Shown here: positions 1 through 8,210 of the stretch, in pieces
Layout: every line of letters begins with the position of its first letter
Numbering within the stretch: the stretch's first letter is position 1
From: Catajapyx aquilonaris
Taxonomy: Eukaryota
Direction: 5' to 3'
DNA length: 20,000 nt
Assembly: GCA_000934665.2 (NCBI GenBank)
Contig: KZ538501.1
Location: 45,676 to 65,675 of the forward strand
Translations under genes and position numbers: made by a program
The notes under the pieces: model-generated
Seen by the model: the letters and a program-made list of their open reading frames with translations, nothing else
Database searches by the model: none
What the model was told of the DNA's origin: nothing

Positions 1-484
1 GGTTATAGTACACCAGCTGCTCCAACGATTAATAAGTTGTAGTTGGGGTCCTAAGGCTTTCAGCTGCAGGCCCACAGAAGCACCAGGTAACAGTCACGAA
101 CATGACCACTTTTAAGGGGACATCCAACCCATGGACACTGCTTCTCTATATGCTGCACTGAGTGGCAGGCGCAAGCATCTTTGCTCCTACAAGCGCTCAA
201 GGCCAGAGGCCGCTAGGTAGCAGACCATTGCTTTGCATTGGTGCATTCACACGGAGCCACAGCCACAGACCACTGACGTCCACCACAGGTTCAGTCATAT
301 GTCCATGCTAGTTCACCATGCCGCGAGGAAAGGGCACTTTACCGCCGTGGATTCCGCAATTACTTCAAGAAATAAAATGTCGATGACTTTATATAGGAAG
401 TCGAGGCCCATACCACTATTTGGGATGCATCAGCTGCTGAAAATATCGAAAAAACATTTAATCATATTGCCTCAGATCTTGGTA

Positions 485-718
485 CAGGTTGAGAATCCTT
501 CATCTGAAATGCTTGGGAGTTGGGACCTGCAATTTTTCGGATTTAAGAATATTTGTATAAATTTTTAGTAACTTTTATACATGCAGTAGCCTATGTACAG
601 GAAATGAAGCTTGTCATGTCACAATCACATGGAATTTTCCGTTTGTGACGTGTCATGTCAGCACTATTTTAAAAACTTTCGAATTTCGGAATTTTGGATA
701 AAGAATCCTCAAATACGG
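485..718. mobile_element. pogo/Tigger-type MITE (Tigger4/Zombi-like), degenerate
   Basis: Flanked by TA (483-484, 719-720). Left end CAGGTTGAGAATCCTTCATCTGAAAT is an imperfect inverted repeat of the right end ATTTTGGATAAAGAATCCTCAAATACGG. Internal motifs GAAATGCTTGGGA, TTTTCGGATTT..GAATATTTG and TGGAATTTTCC..TTGTG.CGTGTCATGTCAGCACT resemble the Tigger4a/b (MER46) consensus as I recall it. Confidence 0.65.
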
Positions 719-787
719 TATGGCACAGTCCTTCGAACTTGAATTTTCCTGTGTTGCCTGCAATATTATTTTCTTCATTTTCAATAG

Positions 788-993
788 GAGTATCAGTAGT
801 GCATGGTCTTCACTGGATTTCCATACTGCATACGACTCGCCCACCTGCTGTGGTGAGCTTCTGCCCCAGTGCAGTGGCCGACTCGAGCGCTTGCAGTGCC
901 AGACGAAAGTGACTGCAGTGGGGAGTGGCTGTTACGCGCGACTGAAGTGGCCAGGTGAGAACAGGCCCTGAGGGTCAATGAAGAAAGTTTCAG
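788..993 (+). pseudogene. XPO6: Decayed exon of exportin-6 pseudogene (mid C-terminal half)
   Basis: Polypyrimidine tract and AG at 786-787. Frameshifted pieces SISSAWSSL / ISILHTTRPPAVVSF / LERLQCQTKV..RLKWPGENRP / EGQ* align by eye with the XPO6 segment SACHLLVSLATTVRP...LRL...LLLPWP...EQQW. The order is colinear with the clearer downstream exons. 3' boundary uncertain. Confidence 0.45.
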
Positions 994-1044
994 GTGATTT
1001 TGGAGGATGATACAATGCATGGCCTTAGAATACTTAGGTCTGGT

Positions 1045-1378
1045 CACTCCCTTTTATTGCCTGACGGGGCATTTTGCGGTGCGGTGCGGTAGAAGGGAAG
1101 GCGGTCAAAATTAAGAATCTCATACGAGTATACTCGTTGACCAATGATGAGAGCGCCTTTCACTGATGTAAACACGACATGTGGCGGCGCTACCTGACTG
1201 CGCTGAACTTAGGTAGAATAGGTAGGTTCTTAATTTTGACCGACTCTTCCCTTCCACCTAAGTTCAGCGCAGTCAGGTAGGGTTGCCACATGTGTTTACA
1301 TCAGTGAAAGGCGCTCTCAAGTGAGCACCTCCCGCAAAACGCCCCGTCAGGCGAAAAGAACTGATTATAGGGGGAGTG
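1045..1378. mobile_element. Palindromic MITE with CAC termini and rearranged internal inverted repeats
   Basis: CACTCCC (1045-1051) / GGGAGTG (1372-1378). GCCTGACGGGGCATTTTGCGG (1059-1079) is inverted at 1332-1352, 1089-1117 at 1227-1257, and 1148-1218 at 1252-1319. TCTGG occurs on both flanks (1039-1043, 1379-1383), with one extra base on the left. Confidence 0.75.
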
Positions 1379-1984
1379 TCTGGGGGCTAATACAATGTTC
1401 CTTTTTGTTGTTGTGATGAGGAAACCATTGCATTGAACTCTCATAATGGAAGCTGATACAATACCAATTGATATTTTTTTATGGTGAGAGTGACAACTGG
1501 TACATGCTTTTCAGGGGCCTTCAATTTCTTCTGACTAGGATTTAAAACATGTATTTCCTAAGAACTGAGTTATTCGAAAGTACCGGTAATAGTATTTATT
1601 TTAGTAATAAACAGAGTCAAGTAATCTGCAGTCTAGTATTTATTTATGGCAGAGAGTAGTAAGTATGGAGTAGCAAAATGTTAAAGCCAGTAAATATGTT
1701 TTGAGTAAGTTATTTTGGTATCTTTCAAGGTTCCTGGTGATGAGATATTTGTGCTGATCTGCACAAAAGAGAAATGGAAGGTCAACAGAATTATGTGGGA
1801 CCCCTTCAGGGGACAATCCCGGAAGAACTCACCCCAAGATTGTATCCACATATTCCGGAGGGTTTCCTTGCTGCCACAGAAAACAACTTCAGGTATTAGC
1901 ATGGAATTTTATCAACATTTTTAGCACTTCTTTGCACGACTGTCTTTGGTTTGGAGTGTGCATAAACTGAATTATTATGGATGG

Positions 1985-2334
1985 GGGGAGGTGTGGTGGC
2001 CGAGATGGTAACGTCTCGGCTTGCTGAGTGAAAGGCCCCAGGTTCGATCCCCGCCTGGGGAACTTTCCTTTCACCTGCGTCAGGAGGGTCTCTGACCTGC
2101 ACCAAGGAGGTGTCTGGCAACCTAGCCTCCTGGGGGACTGCACATGACCGGTTTAACAACATTGCACTTGCACTCGTGTCCCCTCCCCGAAAATCCCTAT
2201 TCTTACCCAATTTCCTTGATTCCTTGCACCGAAGTTGAGAAAATTGAAAATAAAAATAAATAAAGGTTCATGCAATATACCCCCGTTTGTTGGTGAAAGC
2301 ATTACCCACAATTATTATTATTATTATATATTAT
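1985..2334 (+). mobile_element. tRNA-derived SINE (family B)
   Basis: A box TGGCCGAGATGG, B box GGTTCGATCCC (2041-2051), A-rich stretch at ~2246-2264 and (TTA)n tail at ~2311-2326. A 15-bp TSD AATTATTATGGATGG at 1970-1984 and 2636-2650 encloses both the SINE and the Helitron. Confidence 0.85.
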
Positions 2335-2335
2335 A

Positions 2336-2634
2336 CTAGCCTGGCGTTGCCCGGGTATGTTATGGTGGTAGGCCTACAATGTAATGAGGGCATTACCATG
2401 GAAATCTATGAATATTGTTACATAGGTAATTGATAATTGGTTAATTGGGAATATGCGTGTTATGGGTGTTAGGTTAATTTTCGGAAGCTGAAACATGCGG
2501 CATTAAATTCCTTGAAAAATGTAACTCCCGATATGTCAATTGAAGGCGGTGTAGGGGCCTTCCCCCGGATTTCTATAAAGGACAAACATCCAAACTGACA
2601 AACTGACAAACTTCCTTATTTATAGAGATAGAGA
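2336..2634 (-). mobile_element. Non-autonomous Helitron (Lep1-like)
   Basis: On the - strand it starts A|TCTCTATCTCTATAAAT, has a GTTTGTCA/GTTTG microsatellite near the 5' end, and ends with the GC-rich hairpin CCGGGCAACGCCAGG followed by CTAG|T. A/T insertion site, no TSD. Confidence 0.8.
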
Positions 2635-2863
2635 TAATTATTATGGATGGAGAGGGCAAGGGTGGGAAGACAGGATCAGCACATGTGCCCTGCAGAGATC
2701 TATGCCCGAAGTTTGAACACTAGACAAGAGTCAATAGAAATATTATGACAGAACATACTGTTTGTATATTTTCTGACACTGTATTGAGTTTCCTGCAAAT
2801 GCATAGATCATGGGGTAACTACCTTCTGGGACAATTTGTCATGATTACATTGCTATGTAGCAG

Positions 2864-3090
2864 GTGACCAAGGCCAAATGCCAAATAGTGGGTTTGAAAA
2901 TGGGTGCCAACAAGAGCACAGTGCAATGGTGCAAGTCATTAGCAGTTTGATGCTGTTGCCATGGTAAACGATTTACACTGGTATGCCCAATGCGGTTACT
3001 GAGACTGTCTTGCAACTGATCAGGTGCGGTTGATGTGCCTGCTGCACCTTTTTGGGAGGAAGTGCAAGTCAGCTGTGCAAGGAAATTTTA
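2864..3090 (+). pseudogene. XPO6: Decayed exon of exportin-6 pseudogene
   Basis: Acceptor TAGCAG at 2858-2863. Fragments GANKS.. / SSLMLLPW*TIYTGMPNAVTETVLQLI resemble XPO6 GESTKSRQ...SLALFPAFIHQSDVTDEMLSF. Contains stops and frameshifts. 3' boundary approximate. Confidence 0.5.
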
Positions 3091-3145
3091 TTTGAATAAT
3101 TATTATATGAATAATGAGACAAATTATTTGTTGGTCTTGTGGCAG

Positions 3146-3289
3146 GCAAAGGGGATGCGCGGAAGTTTTAATGAGCTTATTGAGTTTGGTGTCATTAAGA
3201 GCATTGAGCTCTACTGAAATTACCTAACATCTGTGGTTGCAACTTTTTATGACTCTGGTTGCATTGTTCAAAGTATAAGTGCTGCACAA
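3146..3289 (+). pseudogene. XPO6: Decayed exon of exportin-6 pseudogene
   Basis: Acceptor GGCAG (ending 3145) and donor CAA|GTGAGT (3290). GCAEVLMSLLSLV then (frameshift) Y*NYLTSVVATFYD..SISAAQ resembles XPO6 VVEKFLKILQVV...FKPFLPSIIALCMEQVYPIIAE. Joins in phase 0 to the QISPELK exon at 13498. Confidence 0.6.
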
Positions 3290-3367
3290 GTGAGTTGCAA
3301 CTTCTTGACAGAAATGTGTCATGCAAGTTGGCTTGTGCTACACATATTTCCTTCTATTTGTGCTACT

Positions 3368-3712
3368 TGTTTTTTTTGTTTTTTTTTGTTTTTGCATTAC
3401 CCCATATCTACACATATATGGGGGGTGGATTACCACCATCGGGATTATTTTTGGAGCGAGTCAAGATTTAATCTTGTTAGTATGCTCCAAGGTAATTAGG
3501 AGGGGATGTGCAAAGTGAGTGTGCGCGGGCGAGTAGTGGTCATTTTGTGAACTCCCCCGGGTGGCTTAGTCTATCGGAAATTGCCACCCGAAACGAAGCC
3601 AGAGATGGCCCAACTCTGCACGAAAGAAGGTGGGAACCCCGGGTGGGGATTGAACCCGGGACCTTAACTTCCGTGGGCGCGCGCGTTACCGCGGCGCCGC
3701 TCCGTCTCCCGC
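3368..3712 (-). mobile_element. tRNA-derived SINE (family C)
   Basis: On the - strand: GC-rich tRNA-like head with B box GGTTCAATCCC and an A-rich tail (T-runs at 3368-3393 on +). 14-bp TSD CTATTTGTGCTACT at 3354-3367 and 3713-3726. Confidence 0.88.
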
Positions 3713-3735
3713 CTATTTGTGCTACTGTGAGCTCA

Positions 3736-4687
3736 GGGAAGTGTACGTGTTGTCTGTGGAGTTTCTGAATGAAACTTGGCACAATAATATAGGCCGGTAA
3801 GTTATTAAAGAAAATGCAAACAATTTAGGCGAATGCCCACAATGTCAAAAGGGATGAACTATTGTTTACCCGCACCTTAACAGCGCCGTCGGAGTTGGGT
3901 GGGTGGGGGGCCTCCTGACGGTTGGCAACGTTGCGTCGCAAACAATCGGGTGCCTTGATACTACTGCCAGCCAAATTCGAATGCCTTCACGGTTGCTTGA
4001 CGAAGTGTCGTTCTTTGGGTTAACGAACTGCAGCAACCATCATGGCCTTCATATTGCCCACCTCCTTCATTAATACTGTGGAACTAGCACTCGTCAGATC
4101 AGTTCGCGTGGCAGGGGTTACAAGATGCCCTTTGTTGTGCTCTCCCGGAAACCGATTGTTTGCGACCCGTAGCCAACATGTTTGGAGCCCACCACGCCTT
4201 ACCAACCGCACCACGTCGCTAGGTGCAGATAAACGATAGACTTTCCATCAAAAGTTATGACCTCTCGAACTCACAAGGGACACTTTCCAAAGTCTCACCC
4301 ATTTTCTTGAAATTCATTACATTGGTAGGCCACCCCAAGGGATGAAACACGCACCGAAAGTGACCTGCTCAAAATGACCCGGTGACCCCTTTTGGGGGGG
4401 CAGAGGTCAACTCTTAAATGCCGAAAACTCACCCATTTTTTTGAAATTCGGTGCATTGATAGCCCTGAAAAAGGGGTCACCGGGTCATTTTGAGCAGGTC
4501 ACTTTAGGTGAGTTTTTCATCCCTTGGGGTGGCCTACCAATGTACCGAATTTCAAGAAAATCGGTAAGACCTTGGAAAGTGTCCCTTGTGAGTTCGAGAG
4601 GTCATAATAACTTTTGACCTTGTGGGCATTCGCCTAAATTGTGCCAAGTTTCATTCAGAAACTCCACAGACAAGACTCACACTTCCC
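3736..4687. mobile_element. Foldback (long-palindrome) element, interrupted by a nested transposon
   Basis: 3736-3785 is inverted at 4638-4687, 3820-3851 at 4611-4642, and 4249-4393 at ~4469-4617, leaving a ~75-bp loop that holds a direct copy of the arm motif CTCACCCATTTT.TTGAAATTC. No TSD seen. Confidence 0.8.
3852..4246. mobile_element. Non-autonomous DNA transposon with GG termini and 8-bp TSD (Merlin-like), copy 1
   Basis: Imperfect TIRs GGATGAACTATTGTTTACCCGCACCT / AGGTGCAGATAAACGATAGACTTTCC. TSD GTCAAAAG (3844-3851) / ATCAAAAG (4247-4254). The opposite arm of the host palindrome keeps the empty site (CTTTTGAC, 4611-4618). Confidence 0.8.
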
Positions 4688-4720
4688 TTGTCAGTATTCA
4701 CAAGTTAGTACTAGTGCTTA

Positions 4721-4986
4721 GGGAGGCATGGTGGTCTAGTGGCTACACCACTGGCCAGCCAAGCAGGAGGCCGGGGTTCAAATCCCATCCCCGTCACCTC
4801 CGCTTGGCTGGGTCTTTTTCCGCTTTTCACCGACATGCCGGGGCAGAATTGCACTCCCTACTCTGCCCAGGCCCAGGAGAAACGGGCTGGTGTTTAAAGG
4901 ATGTCACTACCGCACAGCGCCCTCCCTTGGGAACCTCCTCTTACCCTCAGTTCCTATCACGGGATATTAAAAAATCAAACAAATCC
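4721..4986 (+). mobile_element. tRNA-derived SINE (family D)
   Basis: A box TGGTCTAGTGG, B box GGTTCAAATCC, tail TTAAAAAATCAAACAAATCC. TSD AGTGCTTA at 4713-4720 and 4987-4994. Confidence 0.8.
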
Positions 4987-5233
4987 AGTGCTTATATTTG
5001 TTAATTCTGTGTATTCCTGAATTCTCCAAAAGAATTGCACTCCCTACTCTGCCCAGGGCCAGGAGAAAAGGCCTGGTGTTTAAAGGATGTCAGAAATGAC
5101 TACCGCACAGCGCCCTCCCTTGGGGACCTCCCCTTCCCCCCTAAAAGGGCGTCGGTTCCTATCACGGGATATTAAAAAATCAAAAAAATCCAGTGCTTAT
5201 ATTTGTTAATTCTGTGTATTCCTGAATTCTCCA
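4845..5233 (+). repeat. Tandem duplication of the SINE 3' half plus downstream flank
   Basis: Unit AGAATTGCACTCCC...CCTGAATTCTCCA at 4845-5028 and 5031-5233. The copies differ by substitutions and small indels. Confidence 0.92.
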
Positions 5234-6093
5234 TGTAAAGAAAGTGTCTGATCCTTGTTATCTGCTGTTGGTGATGATAAATTATATCTAATAGGGTAAG
5301 TTGGGGTAAGTGCAATAATGGGGCAAGTGTGACATTGCTTCTAATATATAGCACAAGGGGGCAGGAGCATCGGAAATATAAGTAAACGTTGACAGCGACC
5401 TTTGCCTACTCTGCTAACAGTAGCACGATAATCTTCCTTTCGAAACATAGCCAAAAAATTGTCACCAAGCTCAAGGTGGTGTTTTAACTCTTCCGGCGAG
5501 TTTGTAAGAATGTTTTGTAGAATTTTTGACGAATCTTAAATCGCATGATGCATAACCTCTTTGGCACTGTACATAAGAGGTTGAGGTGCACTATCATGCT
5601 GTTATTGTTCCCTTTTGGTGGCATAATCAGGCTGGTTGTTAAAAGAAGTGACGCACTTGCCCCTGACTAAACATGGTTAGGGGCAAGTCCGTAAACAATT
5701 AATACAGGTATGTGGAACAAAATGCAATGCACTATTGGATGAATAAAGGTAGCGGTCGACAAAAGAGGCAACAAGACATCTTGGTGTGGTAACCAATAGA
5801 TATTCCGCGACTGGTGACATGCTAATGCATTGGCGTGAAAACACTTCCACATAATGCATTTAAATCAGATAATGCCAGTAGCCTACTGTTAGCCAACCTG
5901 TTGCGGAGCAGTAAATAAAAGTTCGTCCTGTAAGAACTTCTTGGCAATTTTTTATTTGGGAAAAATAGACTGACACAGGAAGTTTGTGTCTTTGTGGCAC
6001 TAGTCCTATGCAACCCAAGCTATGTTTATTACTCTGAGAGAATGCCACAATCGCACTTACCCCATATTGCGGAGCAAGTGTGGCAGCAAGCAC
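5190..6093 (-). pseudogene. Decayed unidentified coding sequence
   Basis: ORFs 5860-6093 and 5677-5859 are in frame and separated by a single stop. The frame continues leftwards with sparse stops (PCLVRGKCVTSFNNQPDY..APQPLMYSAKEVMHH..KILQNILTNSPEELKHHLELGDNFLAMFRKEDYR..). No family recognised. Confidence 0.45.
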
Positions 6094-6101
6094 CCACGTA
6101 G

Positions 6102-8210
6102 ATGAATGTTACTCAATAGGCTACTGTGAAAGCCAATAAGGTAAGGTATATTGTCTGGTACATTTTTTATCACTTGCTCATAACTGAGGAAGTAGCTTGG
6201 GAAGTAGCATGTCTTCAAACTGCACCTAATCAAATTCTGGTTGCACTTACTCCAACGGAGCCTAACTAACAATGGATATCATCCATTTATTTTGGAGTTA
6301 ACATTGATCATGTATTCACTATTAAGGTACTGGAATGCATAGATAATAATTATCCCACTTCCACATCTTTTTATGTACGATATGATGACAATCCACTAAC
6401 CTTACTGAAGAATTTGTCATATGGAGAAGGGTCTGCATCTGAGAATAATATTTAATGTAAAGAGTAGTTTAATAGGATAAACTATTGTTTATCCGCACGT
6501 TAACAACAAGGCCTCCCGACGGTTGGCAACGTTCGCAAACAATCGGGTGCCTATTGATACTGCTGCATGGTTACATGGAACTGTGCTTTATTTTTCTTTT
6601 CGGGCTTTCGGGGATTCAATTCGGGATTTTGAGGTGATTAAGTGGATGGAATAGCCATTTGTCTTGGTGTTGCTGTATGGCTTTTTGTTACCGCAACAGT
6701 ACTACTGTACATTGTTGTGGCCCTGCCAGGCACGGTACGTCGCCCGTGTGTGATATTTTTAGTTTTTGCGGAGCTGGGCGCTTATTGTGGGTTTCTGTAT
6801 CCGCAACATTTACTGTCCGTCTTGTGGCGCCGCAGGCCAACGAACGTTATAGTGGCTTTGCCAAGCGCGAAGTACACCTTCACACAGTCCGTTAAACTAA
6901 CGAACTACATGACGCCAAGTTCCGCCCGCCACCACCAGGCTCTCCCCTCCTATCATGCCCACGACTCACTGCAGGCATACTACTGCACACGCTCAGAAAA
7001 CACGTCTGGTGTGACATCATATCGTTCTTTGGGTTAACAGACTGCAGCAACCATCATGGCTTTCATATTTCCCACCACCTTCATTAATTCTGTGGTCCTA
7101 GCACTCGTCTGAACGGTTCGCGTGGCAGGGGTAAGAACACGCCCTTTGTTATGCTCTCCCGGCAACCGGTTGTTTGCGATGCGTAGCCAACATGTTTGGA
7201 GCACTGCGTCGCTAGGTGCGGATAAACGATAGACTTTCCGTTTAATATTGCTACCTGTTATGAGAAATATTATGCAAGCTGACTCATATCAATATGTTAC
7301 TGACTGTTACAGTGTGAATGATTTGCCAGACAAATCTAAAGCAAATCCAGGATTCATCAAGAATAACACTGGAAATGCCCTGTCTCATATCCAGGCATTG
7401 ACCATGAAATTCAAGAGGGAAATGCCCGACCAGAGAAGGTATTCGTGCCAGTGCCATTTGTTAATAATTTCAGGGAATTTAACCGCATGCTAACACTGTT
7501 GCAAATGTCTTACAGTCTCATTCAAAAGGAGTTGGAGTCATTGAATGTTGACAAAGAATTTGAAGGTGATGACTTCCATGGCTTCCTGGGTGATAGTGTG
7601 TCTGGAGACTACTCCTGCTTTCTACCAGAGCCGCAATTGGATGACTTTACGTCACACTCGGCCACCTGGAAAGCCTCCTTGAAAGATGCTAGAATTGATT
7701 CTCCAACATTTTGGCATTTACAGGTAAGTCCCACACTCTTACGCGGGATGTTTCAATGTAATGATACATTTCTTGTAATTTGGCAGCAATCAACATTAAA
7801 TATGCGGAATGTTGTGGCTCCTCAGTTGGCAGGAATAATTAAGCTAACTGATGTAGATTGTGAAGAGGTAGACTTGAGAGCAGATTATGAGCTGCCAACA
7901 GAGCACGCACCCCCAGACATCCCTGCAGCAGAAGTGAATGTTGATCAAGATGCTTCAGAAGCAAGACAACATAATGACCAAAAAACTGAAGTGTCAAGTA
8001 GCTCGGATGAAACATATGGGAAGAGAGCGAAATTGTCTGGAGAGAAAGAAGCAGACGGAGTTTCTAGTATTAAGAATCATGACTCAGGGGAGAAACCTAA
8101 GTACAAGTACAAAAACATGATGGTATACAAATATTTCCAAGAGGCTGCAGCAAAGCGCATCGGAGCAAAGAAGCCAAGAGTGCTCTTGGATCCAGAAGAT
8201 GAGTTAGGCC
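6102..8210 (+). pseudogene. Decayed unidentified gene, split by a transposon and 3'-truncated by a LINE
   Basis: A frame from ATG 6102 with sparse stops (LITEEVAWEVACLQTAPNQILVAL..WISSIYFGVNIDHVFTIKV..) runs to ~6470. It resumes after the insertion as ORFs 7248-7493 and 7445-8257 (frameshift at ~7440). Candidate 63-nt in-frame intron at 7724-7786 (CAG|GTAAGT...TTTGGCAG). C-terminus is acidic, then basic (AKKPR). Confidence 0.55.
6475..7239. mobile_element. Non-autonomous DNA transposon with GG termini and 8-bp TSD (Merlin-like), copy 2
   Basis: TIRs GGATAAACTATTGTTTATCCGCAC / GTGCGGATAAACGATAGACTTTCC. Perfect TSD GTTTAATA at 6467-6474 and 7240-7247. Both ends are homologous to 3852-4246, with a longer and different interior. 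Confidence 0.85.

Noticed and set aside
1..480. ORF 233-568 or a retroelement remnant at the left edge
   Set aside because: No recognisable motif on either strand, and the ORF runs into the MITE.
5655..5688. Hairpin ACTTGCCCCTGAC...GTTAGGGGCAAGT as a terminator or element end
   Set aside because: Isolated 13-bp imperfect stem with no supporting context.
6642..7037. 131-aa hydrophobic ORF as a membrane protein
   Set aside because: Non-ATG start, lies within a non-autonomous transposon interior, and has no recognisable domain.
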